From Chloroflexota bacterium (GTDB lineage: Bacteria > Chloroflexota > Anaerolineae > UBA2200): a stretch of DNA of 64,000 nt. Below are positions 51,067 through 60,251 of this stretch, piece by piece. Each line of letters starts with the position of its first letter. The stretch's first letter is position 1. The notes under the pieces were generated by a model. That model searched no databases. It was given only the letters and a program-made list of their open reading frames with translations, and was not told the DNA's origin. The position numbers and the translations under genes are program-made. The DNA is taken from NCBI GenBank assembly GCA_014360755.1, contig JACIWX010000003.1:27678-91677 (forward strand), written 5' to 3'.

Positions 51067-51869
51067 CCCACAACCCTCTGCCAATCCCGATGTAGAGCAG
51101 CGACATCCTCATAAACCAGATCTGGTACGAGGGGAGAATTTGCTAATTGTTGCTGGTCTGTCACACCGCTCAGGACCAGGATGGTCATTAACCCCAATCG
51201 TTTCCCGCCAAGGATGTCGGTATCGAGACGGTCGCCCAGTATCGCCGTCGTCTTTGGGTCAGTCTGGAGCTTTTGGAATGCGATTTCAAAGATGGCTGGC
51301 TGCGGCTTGCCGATGACCAAGGGAGCAGTATCCGTAGCGGCTTCGATCGCTGCCAAAAGCGCTCCTGCACCGGGAGTCAATTCGCCCTCGGAGGGGAAAG
51401 TTTTGTCGGGATTGGTACCAATGAATTGGGCCCCTGCTCTGATGGCACGGGTGGCGCGCGTCATCTTCTCATAGTCGAACTGGTGATCGAGACCCACTAC
51501 CACGTAGGCAACGTCCGTGTCCTCGCTGAGAATGAACCCTCTCTTTTCCAGCTCCTTTCGCACACCCTGTTCGCCGATCAGGTAGACCTTGGTTCCAGGA
51601 GGAGCAATCTCAGCCAGGTACATAGCCGTAGCTTCTCCCGAGGTCAAAATTTCTTTTTCTTCCACTTGGATGCCCATGCGCGCTAATTTGGCCACATATT
51701 GCGCTGCAGTGAGGGTGGAATTGTTTGTTAATAGGAGAAAGCGCACTCCTATCTGACGTAGGAAACGGAGAAATTCGCCTGCGCCTTGGATAGGGGCATT
51801 TCCGCGGTAGAGGACGCCATCCATGTCAATAAGCAGGCTACGTAGTTGGTTCAACTTAGAAACGGTCAT
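51063..51869 (-). CDS. HAD-IIA family hydrolase (NagD-like sugar phosphatase)
   Basis: DMDGVLY motif I, LTNNS motif II and GDRLDTDI motif IV. Confidence 0.8.
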   Translation of the reverse strand: MTVSKLNQLRSLLIDMDGVLYRGNAPIQGAGEFLRFLRQIGVRFLLLTNNSTLTAAQYVAKLARMGIQVEEKEILTSGEATAMYLAEIAPPGTKVYLIGEQGVRKELEKRGFILSEDTDVAYVVVGLDHQFDYEKMTRATRAIRAGAQFIGTNPDKTFPSEGELTPGAGALLAAIEAATDTAPLVIGKPQPAIFEIAFQKLQTDPKTTAILGDRLDTDILGGKRLGLMTILVLSGVTDQQQLANSPLVPDLVYEDVAALHRDWQRVVG

Positions 51870-51896
51870 GCGGTTTTGCTCATTCCCTCCCCAATA

Positions 51897-53249
51897 TCAC
51901 GATGTCATTCGTTTCGTTCGCTCTAAAATCTTTTCATAGTCAGTAGCTGTATCAATATCCCATAGAAATTCTGGGGACTCTACTTCCACTGACACCACTT
52001 TGTCCGGAAAGCGCGCGATGATTTGCCGTCCACCAACGTCTCCTTGCAGATTCTTCAATTCAGGGAAGAGACAACGGTCGAACAGGGCAGGGATGCCCCG
52101 CTGTCCTTGACACTCAGAAGCCACAATGGGCTTTGTCGTGGCATAATAGGCTTCTAGGATGCGCTCCAGTGCCGCTACGGTAACCAGCGGTTGGTCAGCT
52201 AGGACAAAGAGGGCAGCTTCTGCCCGGCGATCAATGGCATCCAGCCCCGCACGTATGGAGGAGCTGATGCCCGCTTCCCAGTTCTCGTTGAATACCATTC
52301 GGCAGTCTGCTGGAATGTGTTCCGCAATCTGTCCTGCAGCGTGCCCCAGAACGACCACCACTTCATCTACACTGATGGCCCTCACCGCTTCCAGCACGTG
52401 CTCGATCATGGTTTTCCCCGCGAGTGGCAAAAGTTGCTTCGGAACCCCGAAACGCTTGGAAGCCCCGGCAGCCAGGACAATCGCTGAAACCTGACGCCAG
52501 CACTCTAAAACCGGGGTATCGGTTTCAGCGGCGCCAATGAGCACCCTTGTCAATGGAGGAGCGCCTTTGATCTGGCGCGCTATCTGGCGGGCACTAGCCA
52601 GGGCATTTGCGCCCTGAACTTTGTTGATAAAAGGCATCACGCGAGCATGAGCAGGCGCTCCTTTGAGTGCTCCTCGTTCATGGATCAAAAGCCTAGCCAA
52701 GGCCGCAGCAGGGATCACTTCTCCGGGTGCCAAGCCTGTCAATTCGGCAACCAATTGCGGGCGGTGAACGGCTTCTTCGCTCAGCGTGCATCCGACCGCA
52801 TCTATCCCCACGATGGGAACGAAAAGGGTGGTAGCAGTAGGGACGACAGGCTCATAAGCAGCGGGAGCCTTGAGCGAACGCCCTCTAGCTCCATCTGCCT
52901 CAACAATCACTGCATCTGCCAGACTCAAAAGCTCTTCAACTAGGTCTGGTTCAATCCCTTTCAGTTTGTTCTCTGCCTCAATCCGCTTGGCAGCCAGTGT
53001 AATCAGGCTATGAAGGCGCAATGTCTCCTTTGCTAGGTGCAATACCTCTACAGGATCGCTGGACAGCACCAAGGCTTCTCCCACTCCAAGGGATGGCGGG
53101 CGTATCATGGTTGTTGTAGTGGCAATGACCCGCCAGCCTTGGCTGGCTAACTCACGGCCCAGGCGGTACATAACGGTAGTCTTTCCCCCTGCGCCCACCA
53201 GGGAGATAACCTCACCTTTATGAACCTGCAATGCCTCCCAGAGCTGCAT
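51897..53249 (-). CDS. Fusion: YqeC-family selenium-dependent hydroxylase accessory domain (N-terminal) and MocA-like molybdenum cofactor cytidylyltransferase (C-terminal)
   Basis: N-terminal ISLVGAGGKTTVMYRL P-loop and CoA-ligase-like fold match the YqeC family. C-terminal AIVLAAGASKRFG...KQLLPL matches MobA-like NTP_transf_3. The start was chosen where a 4-nt overlap couples it to ygfK. Confidence 0.7.
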   Translation of the reverse strand: MQLWEALQVHKGEVISLVGAGGKTTVMYRLGRELASQGWRVIATTTTMIRPPSLGVGEALVLSSDPVEVLHLAKETLRLHSLITLAAKRIEAENKLKGIEPDLVEELLSLADAVIVEADGARGRSLKAPAAYEPVVPTATTLFVPIVGIDAVGCTLSEEAVHRPQLVAELTGLAPGEVIPAAALARLLIHERGALKGAPAHARVMPFINKVQGANALASARQIARQIKGAPPLTRVLIGAAETDTPVLECWRQVSAIVLAAGASKRFGVPKQLLPLAGKTMIEHVLEAVRAISVDEVVVVLGHAAGQIAEHIPADCRMVFNENWEAGISSSIRAGLDAIDRRAEAALFVLADQPLVTVAALERILEAYYATTKPIVASECQGQRGIPALFDRCLFPELKNLQGDVGGRQIIARFPDKVVSVEVESPEFLWDIDTATDYEKILERTKRMTS

Positions 53250-53251
53250 TT

Positions 53252-56200
53252 CTATCCACTGCCAAAGGGCAAGAAAGGCAGAGTGGACCTCACACCCTGG
53301 AGGATAGCGTACATTTCTGCCGCGCCGATGGTTGAGAACTCTCCTGGAAACTCCTGCTTGAGCTCCATGGCTTTGGCTAGAAATCCAGGAAGCGAGAAAG
53401 TAATGTTCAACCAATCGTTCTCAAAAACCGCCTCATCTGTAGCGTCTGCTATTAAGAGATACGATTCCTTCCCACTTTCTCGCCTCTTGATCATCCATCC
53501 TCTGCTGTCCCTTCCAATGTAAAAAGCATTGTTTTCTTCTTGCCCAAAATCGCTTTCGCTGAGGAAAAGCCGAGGCTTCTCCTGATAAGGTTTTCCTTGG
53601 TGCACACAGAAGGTGGCGCAGTTTCCGCACTCGTTGCAAAAATCATCTATGTGGATGATCTGCCGGCGCTGCTCCACTTGAAACGCCTGTTCTCCTAATA
53701 TGACCAGTTTGCCATTGCGACAGGAGAGTTTGGGTAAGGTCATCTTCATTGGCGAAATCACATAAGCGTAGTTGGCACGGTTAGGGCAGACTTCGACGCA
53801 CTTGTCACAGAGGGTGGAGCATTGCAAACAGCGAGCGGCTTCGCTACGCGCTGCGCTCTCGGTCAGCGTGCGTTCCACTAAATCAAAGTGGTTGCGCCAG
53901 GCAGGAGGAAGTGTCTCTGGTTTGTATTGTGCTTCTTTTCTGGCACGTGCGCGTTTTAGCTGCAAGATGTCCGCTTCTGAGATCTCTGCCATTTTGGCCG
54001 GCAACCGTGTAAACTCGATTCCCAGTTCGGAGCAAATGGCTTCGGCAGCACGTAATCCATCCGCGCAGGCTTCGATAACCGTTGCGGGACCTCGCACCAC
54101 ATCCCCACCTGCATATATGCAGCCCTCTCCCGCGCGTCCGCTCTGAGGATCAACGGCGATGGTGCCGTCTTTGCGTAGAGAAACTGAACTTCCATCGAGA
54201 AAAGCAATGTCCGGCTTCTGGCCAATAGCCACGATAATGGAATCAGCCTCAATGGTAAACTCACTCCCCTGAATGGGAATAGGCTCTCTTCGTCCATCCG
54301 CACCAGGTTCGCCTAACCGGTTGCGCACACATTCCAATGCCGCTACCCGTCCATCCTTCACAATGACCCTCGTTGGAGAAGCGAGTTCGATCAAGGCGTT
54401 GCCTTCGGCGAAGAATGCCTCCTTCTCTTCTTCCGAGGCTGGCATCTCGTGCTTTGTGCGCCGATAGACAACGGTAACGGGCTTCCCCGTGAGTCGACGC
54501 GCCGTGCGAGCGGCATCCATGGCAGTGTTCCCACCGCCAATGACCAACACCTTGGAGCCTAGGTGCAACTTTTCTCCTCCCGCTACCCGTTCCAATAGGT
54601 CAAGAGCCGCAAAGACGCCCGTTGCTTCGATCCCTTCGATATTTAATGGGGTATCCTTAGCAAAGCCACATGCGATGTAGACCGCATCAAAGCCTTGTTT
54701 GAACAACTCTTCTGGTGGTGTGGTGATAGGATGGGCAAGCTCAATTTTGACCCCCATCCTGGCAATGCGCTCGATGTCCTCCTTTACAACAGAGGCAGGC
54801 AACCGGAAGGCAGGGGCGATACGCAACATACCGCCCGGTTTGTCCCTGGCTTCGTAAATGGTTACCTGAACGCCGTTCAAAGCGAGGAAATAGGCTGCAG
54901 CCAATCCTGAGGGACCGCTGCCAATAATAGCCACCTTTCGGCTACGAGACGAGCCTGCCTCGCACTCGCTTTTTCCTTTTACCGGCACTGTAACGTTTCC
55001 CTTTTCAACGGCGACTCGTTTGAGCGCTCGGATGGCTACTGGTTCGTCGTAGTTATTGCGGGTGCAACGGGTCTGACACAGGTGTGTGCAAATATAACCC
55101 GTTACACCCGGTAGGGGATTGCGGCTGAGAATAACTTCCAGGGCGCGATCGTACTCTCTTTGGGCGATCCACCAGACATACTCTGGGATATCCTGGCGTA
55201 CGGCGCATTGCTCCTTACAGGGTGCAGTGATGCAGTCAAAAAGACCGAGCCCCGATGCCACCTTTGGTAAGCCATACGGATGATAACTTTTCTTATACCG
55301 TGGATTCTCTAAAGCCTCGCCGGCTGCTTTTTCCAGGTTAACCAATCTGTTCCAGGTGAGTTCTTCTAGACTGGTAACCCCCTGGTCACGCATCGTTTGT
55401 TCCAAATTTTCCAGGAATTGAAGGAGCCTGGAATAGCCGCCTGGTTTGAGCAGATCAGTAACCGCCGTGACGGGACAAGCGCCGGCTGCCAGAATCGTTG
55501 CCACATTGAAGGCATCGGCTCCTGCCGAATATGAGACGTTTAAATCGCCATTGAACTCTTGAACCAGTTTGTGGAATAGGTTTATGGTAATAGGATAGAG
55601 AGCGCGGCCTGACATGTACATCTCATCCCCAGGAAGAAGCCCCTTGTGGTTCGCCATGGCGAGCGTATTGCTCAGCTTGATACCGAAAGTCAGGTTATGC
55701 TCTGCAGCTACTTGCTTCAGTGTCTTGATCAATTCTACGGCGCGATCGTATTGCAAATCGTGCTCAAATACTGCATCGGGGATATGGATCTCGCGGAAGC
55801 CCAAACGCTCATGGAGGATATGCATCACCATTTCCTTGCCCAGCAGGGTGGGGTTCAATTTCACTGTGGTATGCAGTCCCCTTTCCTCCAACAGGTAGCG
55901 GACGATGCGCTCGATTTCATCCGGGGGGCAACCATGCATGGTGGAGAGAGTAACGTTGTTCGTCAGTTGGGTGGGGATCTCGATATCCGCAAACTGAGGG
56001 AATTGTGTACGTAGGATGCCCTTGATTGCGGCAATTTCTTCCGAGGCGTCAACCATGCGTTCCATAAAGCGCGTCAAGGGTGGGCTTTGTATCCCAGCCA
56101 GGTTATAGCCAACGCTCATATTGAAGATCGTTCCAAGGGGCGCCTTATCCTCAAAACCGAGCAGACGGTGCAGGATATGGATTAGTACCCATGCCTTGAT

Positions 56201-56575
56201 GTACTCGTGCGCGGACTGCTCCAGTTTGAGTTCCTGCGACCACTCCACATTATAGCCCTCGTCCTCCATATCAATACAAGGACGAGGGATTTCCAGTTCG
56301 TCTAGAATCTGCACAGTTTTGAGTTCAATAAAGCGGCCTCCAGAAAGCCAGGCGCAGACAATGTTCTGCGCCAGCTGCGTATGTGGGCCCGCTGCCGGCC
56401 CAATCGGGGTAGCCAGATAATGCCCGAACATGTCCTTAACAGCATAAGGGCTATCCTTGCTGGGCGTGTAGAACAGCGAGCGGGGGATGCCAAAGACCGA
56501 TTGCTTTTCCTTAAGCTCTTTCACGATCCACTCCAGCAGGACCTCAAAAGGTTGGGCGCGCATTTTATCAGACAT
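53252..56575 (-). CDS. ygfK: YgfK-like putative selenate reductase / Fe-S flavoprotein (DPD-like TIM barrel, FAD/NADPH-binding GltD-like domain and 4Fe-4S ferredoxin domains)
   Basis: 1107 aa. It has VAIIGSGPSGLAAAYFLA and VLVIGGGNTAMDAA dinucleotide folds plus Cys clusters (CTHLCQTRC, CLQCSTLCDKCVEVCP, CNECGNCATFC). The architecture matches E. coli YgfK. Confidence 0.8.
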   Translation of the reverse strand: MSDKMRAQPFEVLLEWIVKELKEKQSVFGIPRSLFYTPSKDSPYAVKDMFGHYLATPIGPAAGPHTQLAQNIVCAWLSGGRFIELKTVQILDELEIPRPCIDMEDEGYNVEWSQELKLEQSAHEYIKAWVLIHILHRLLGFEDKAPLGTIFNMSVGYNLAGIQSPPLTRFMERMVDASEEIAAIKGILRTQFPQFADIEIPTQLTNNVTLSTMHGCPPDEIERIVRYLLEERGLHTTVKLNPTLLGKEMVMHILHERLGFREIHIPDAVFEHDLQYDRAVELIKTLKQVAAEHNLTFGIKLSNTLAMANHKGLLPGDEMYMSGRALYPITINLFHKLVQEFNGDLNVSYSAGADAFNVATILAAGACPVTAVTDLLKPGGYSRLLQFLENLEQTMRDQGVTSLEELTWNRLVNLEKAAGEALENPRYKKSYHPYGLPKVASGLGLFDCITAPCKEQCAVRQDIPEYVWWIAQREYDRALEVILSRNPLPGVTGYICTHLCQTRCTRNNYDEPVAIRALKRVAVEKGNVTVPVKGKSECEAGSSRSRKVAIIGSGPSGLAAAYFLALNGVQVTIYEARDKPGGMLRIAPAFRLPASVVKEDIERIARMGVKIELAHPITTPPEELFKQGFDAVYIACGFAKDTPLNIEGIEATGVFAALDLLERVAGGEKLHLGSKVLVIGGGNTAMDAARTARRLTGKPVTVVYRRTKHEMPASEEEKEAFFAEGNALIELASPTRVIVKDGRVAALECVRNRLGEPGADGRREPIPIQGSEFTIEADSIIVAIGQKPDIAFLDGSSVSLRKDGTIAVDPQSGRAGEGCIYAGGDVVRGPATVIEACADGLRAAEAICSELGIEFTRLPAKMAEISEADILQLKRARARKEAQYKPETLPPAWRNHFDLVERTLTESAARSEAARCLQCSTLCDKCVEVCPNRANYAYVISPMKMTLPKLSCRNGKLVILGEQAFQVEQRRQIIHIDDFCNECGNCATFCVHQGKPYQEKPRLFLSESDFGQEENNAFYIGRDSRGWMIKRRESGKESYLLIADATDEAVFENDWLNITFSLPGFLAKAMELKQEFPGEFSTIGAAEMYAILQGVRSTLPFLPFGSG

Positions 56576-56649
56576 ATTTCCCTCCTATTGGCCAGCACTC
56601 TGGAAGACACATTGGAACCCTTAGGTACAACAAGACCATTGTGGGCTTT

Positions 56650-56913
56650 TTACCGGCCTTTCCTTGCCGCAACGTCTTCCTCAACCTGTACAGCAGCGGT
56701 TGCAATGGCCCAACTAACCAGACCCCAAGTGCCGCCACAGAGTGCTATCGCCAGCAGGATGTTACGCAGGGATAGGTTTTGTGCTCGCCATAGGCCCACA
56801 ATGGTTAGTAAAATCGCCAAAACAGCGAAAAAGAGCCCAACCATCACTGGTCCACTCAACCTGCTTTTTCTTTCTCTTGCGCCTTGCTTCATGATTTCCT
56901 CTCCATGCTTCAT
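56650..56913 (-). CDS. Small hypothetical membrane protein (two transmembrane segments)
   Basis: Hydrophobic 87-aa ORF between ssnA and ygfK on the same strand. Confidence 0.35.
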   Translation of the reverse strand: MKHGEEIMKQGARERKSRLSGPVMVGLFFAVLAILLTIVGLWRAQNLSLRNILLAIALCGGTWGLVSWAIATAAVQVEEDVAARKGR

Positions 56914-56918
56914 TAGTG

Positions 56919-58244
56919 CTATATCCGTTGCCAGAGCTTGGCTGCCCGTTCCCGCGCTTTCGCTCCAATCTCTTCTTCGTCCAGCGTCTTCAGCTCGCGG
57001 TTGTGCATGAGCACCTTGCCGGCGACAATCGTTGTGCTCACATGAGCGCCATCCATGCCAAAGATGAGATGCCAGGGCAAATTCCCTGCCGTCAGCGGAG
57101 TGGGTGGGATATAGTCCAAGAAGATGATATCTGCGTACGCGCCAGGAGTCAGTTCAGCCAATGGCCGGGGGTAGAAAATTCCCGCCGTCTGCGCATTGTT
57201 GCGCACAGCCATGGTCAAGACCTGATCAGCGCCTAGCACGCGAGGGTCCTCCTTCGCCAGTTTGTGCAAAAGATACGCTGTTTTCATCTCCATGAACATG
57301 TTGTTCGAGAAGCCATCGTTGCCCAGGCCGACCTCAATGCCGCTCGCCAACATCTGGGGTACATTGGCTACCCCTACGGCGTTGTTCATGTTGGAGCGTG
57401 GGTTGTGCACCACACGGGTACCCGTTTCACGCAGGATATCCATCTCGTGGGCATCCACATGGACACAGTGTGCGGCGATGGTTTTGGGCCCCAAGATTCC
57501 GCGCTGTGCTAAGCGTTCCACCACGCGCAGTCCGTATTTCTTCAGCGAGTCCTGCACGTCAGCAATGCCTTCAGCGACGTGGATGTGGAAGCCGACGTCC
57601 AGACTTCGCACTATCTCTACGGCACGGTCGAGCGTTTCATCCGACAGCGTCAGCGAAGCGTGCAGCCCGAAAGTGCTAGCAAGCAGTCCCTCTTTACCCT
57701 TCACGCGTTGAATGAAGCGGGCGTTCTCATCCAAACCCTCTTGTGCTGCCTTTGGCCCATCCCGATCCGAGACCTCGTAGCACAAACAACACCGTACCCC
57801 TGCTTGGGTTGCTGCCTCAGCGATGGCATCTAGGGAATACGGGATGGCATGTGGCGAAGCGTGGTGATCGAGAAGTGTGGTGGTTCCATTGCGAATGGCA
57901 TCAATGAGGCAAACGAGAGCGCTGTAGCGGATGTCTTCGAGGGTAAGCGCCTTGTCCAGGCGCCACCAGAGACGCTCCAGGATTTGCGGAAAGTCTGCGG
58001 GAGGCTCTCCCCGCAGGCTCATGCCCCGTGCAAACAAGCCATAGAAGTGGGTGTGTGCGCAAATCATGCCGGGCATGACAATCTTGCCACCTGCATCGAG
58101 TTCCTCCTCCCCTGGATATCGGGCTTTCAAATCCGAAGTAGTGGAAACCTCCGCAATAGTGTCACCCCGGATTTGTATTGCTCCGTCGGGTATAATGCGC
58201 GGGTTAGCTCCAAATGTCACCACCGTCCCCTTAACGATTAACAT
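56919..58244 (-). CDS. ssnA: SsnA-like amidohydrolase (chlorohydrolase/aminohydrolase family; putative selenium-metabolism protein SsnA)
   Basis: Amidohydrolase metal-binding motif CAHTHFYG, later HIHVAEG and a conserved Asp. Length, pattern and the YgfK/MocA context all fit SsnA. Confidence 0.75.
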   Translation of the reverse strand: MLIVKGTVVTFGANPRIIPDGAIQIRGDTIAEVSTTSDLKARYPGEEELDAGGKIVMPGMICAHTHFYGLFARGMSLRGEPPADFPQILERLWWRLDKALTLEDIRYSALVCLIDAIRNGTTTLLDHHASPHAIPYSLDAIAEAATQAGVRCCLCYEVSDRDGPKAAQEGLDENARFIQRVKGKEGLLASTFGLHASLTLSDETLDRAVEIVRSLDVGFHIHVAEGIADVQDSLKKYGLRVVERLAQRGILGPKTIAAHCVHVDAHEMDILRETGTRVVHNPRSNMNNAVGVANVPQMLASGIEVGLGNDGFSNNMFMEMKTAYLLHKLAKEDPRVLGADQVLTMAVRNNAQTAGIFYPRPLAELTPGAYADIIFLDYIPPTPLTAGNLPWHLIFGMDGAHVSTTIVAGKVLMHNRELKTLDEEEIGAKARERAAKLWQRI

Positions 58245-58245
58245 G

Positions 58246-59154
58246 TTATCCTCCTTCCGACCCAACTGTGTACCACAGCAGCCGGTTGTCCTTCACTTGG
58301 TATGCGATCTGTCCCGTGTTGCGCAGATGGCTCAGATAGGCATGAAGTGTAGGGTAGAAAAGATAGTATTCTCGGATATTGCGCATCTCGATCTTGTAGT
58401 GCTCGCAGACGGCACTTAGAAGGTTATTGGCTTCAGCGGGGGCTTGAGCAAGATAGCGCCAGATAAAATGCAGGACATCCATTATCTGCGCGATGTTGCG
58501 TTCGATTAGTTCGGTGATGTCACGTTCCAATGAGCCATGCCCTAACACGTAATATGAACAGAAGTAATTACGCAGTTTTTGCAGGCTTTCGAGGCGCTTG
58601 GTAATGCTGTACGCATAGGAAATGGGTGCATTTGCCAATTCCTCTTCTCCAGCCAGGATATCGCCAGTGAAGAAAACATCGTTCACAATATACCCAGTAT
58701 GACTGCCAGTATGGCCAGGCAAGGGTACTGCTTGAACCGTTACTCCAGCGATCTGGACCTCACCTTCGGTGACAATCACATCTGTCGCGCATGGTTGTGG
58801 AGCAAAGCGAGGCGTGCTTAATTCGTTGATGGGTTCTGCACCGCCGAATACGCACATCGAACCCCATGCGGGATGCTGTAACACGATCGAGTCATACAAC
58901 GGGGCATAAACTTTGGCACCTGTATGCTCCACCAGATAGGCATTACCGCCGGTATGATCACCATGGCCATGGGTATTAAAGATAGCAGCTAGCTTGAGGC
59001 CTCGTTCTTCGAGTATTTGCAACAGTTGTCGGCCAGAACGTTGCCCAACGCCTGTGTCAATCAGAAGTGCCTGGTTCCCTTCGCCTACAATAAGGCCGAT
59101 GTTGCTCGCGCCAGGGAGATAATAGACGTTGTGCAGTACATGTTGCAAAGCCAA
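58246..59154 (-). CDS. MBL-fold metallo-hydrolase
   Basis: HGHGDHTGG (HxHxDH) motif with later His and Asp ligands. Its stop abuts the ssnA start. Confidence 0.8.
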   Translation of the reverse strand: MALQHVLHNVYYLPGASNIGLIVGEGNQALLIDTGVGQRSGRQLLQILEERGLKLAAIFNTHGHGDHTGGNAYLVEHTGAKVYAPLYDSIVLQHPAWGSMCVFGGAEPINELSTPRFAPQPCATDVIVTEGEVQIAGVTVQAVPLPGHTGSHTGYIVNDVFFTGDILAGEEELANAPISYAYSITKRLESLQKLRNYFCSYYVLGHGSLERDITELIERNIAQIMDVLHFIWRYLAQAPAEANNLLSAVCEHYKIEMRNIREYYLFYPTLHAYLSHLRNTGQIAYQVKDNRLLWYTVGSEGG

Positions 59155-59238
59155 GGCTTATCCCCTTTGAATTCCTTTTGGCAAGATTATACACGAGTTT
59201 ATGGCAACAATCCAAAAGGAGTTCTGGTTTCTACGCAA

Positions 59239-59390
59239 GAGAGTGTTGAAAATCTTGTCACCCTGAGCAAGCGAAGAGCCTGCCCTGAGTACAACGAAGG
59301 GGTCTCGCGTAACTTTAGCCGTATTTTCAAGTACCGCGAGATGCTTCACTCCGTTCAGCATGACATTGGAAGGGCTTTTTCAACACTCTC
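59239..59390. mobile_element. MITE-like element copy B, about 152 bp. Its inverted ends are GAGAGTGTTGAAAA and TTTTCAACACTCTC. A direct repeat cgcaag flanks it.
   Basis: Homologous to 4159-4312 over its full length, with indels in the CCTGAGC...CGAAGG sub-repeat region. Confidence 0.55.
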
Positions 59391-59462
59391 CGCAAGAGCG
59401 CTTTGCGTTTTCTCTCGAAGGGTGATATACTGGTCTATACTGAACGCAGGAGAAACAATCCC

Positions 59463-60251
59463 GTGCACGAGAGGAGCATTCAGCCAGTCTATCTATCGCC
59501 ACATCTCGATGATGCGGTTCTTTCCTGCGGTGGCTTGATTCATCAGCAGAAACAACAGGGCTTTCAGCCGTTTGTTATCACTTGCTTCGCTGGTGTGCCG
59601 GATTACCAGCTGCTTTCCCCATTTGCGACTATGCAGCATCAGCGTTGGGGAGAAACATTGCATCCCACCGAGCACCGACGCAAGGAAGATGTCCTGGCTA
59701 TGGCGTGCCTCGGTGCAGCCTATGAACACTGGGATTATCTGGATTGCATTTATCGTCGCCATCCGGAGAGCGGTGAGTTTCTTTACACAACGGAAGAAGC
59801 CTTATTCAGTGCTGTGGCAAGTGTGGAACATTATCTGGTTGACGAGCTGGCTGCGCGTCTGAAAGGGGCTTTTTCGGCTCATAATGCGCTCATCTATGCG
59901 CCTCTCGCCGTCGGGCAGCACGTAGACCACCAGCTTGTGTCCCAGGCTGCGCTTAGGTTGCGCGATGACGGGTTCTTTATATGGTTCTATGAGGACTATC
60001 CGTACGCTGAAGATGCCCAAAAGATCGCCAATGCTTTACAATGTTGGGCTTCTCCGCCCAAGCCTACCGTCTATCCGCTGCGTGAAGAAGATATGGCTGC
60101 CAAAATCGCTGCTGTTCGCTGCTATGCTTCACAACTTGCTATACTATTTGGCGACGAAGCATCTGTTCCAGCAAAGATCAAAGCCTATGCATTTGCTGTA
60201 GGAAGTGGTCAGGGCTATGGCGAACGCTACTGGAAGGAAGGGGTGCGGTGA
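59463..60251 (+). CDS. PIG-L/LmbE family N-acetylglucosaminyl deacetylase
   Basis: VYLSPHLDDAVLSCGG matches the PIG-L signature. The GTG start at 59463 follows RBS aggag; the longer TTG-start ORF would begin inside the MITE. Confidence 0.75.
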   Translation: MHERSIQPVYLSPHLDDAVLSCGGLIHQQKQQGFQPFVITCFAGVPDYQLLSPFATMQHQRWGETLHPTEHRRKEDVLAMACLGAAYEHWDYLDCIYRRHPESGEFLYTTEEALFSAVASVEHYLVDELAARLKGAFSAHNALIYAPLAVGQHVDHQLVSQAALRLRDDGFFIWFYEDYPYAEDAQKIANALQCWASPPKPTVYPLREEDMAAKIAAVRCYASQLAILFGDEASVPAKIKAYAFAVGSGQGYGERYWKEGVR

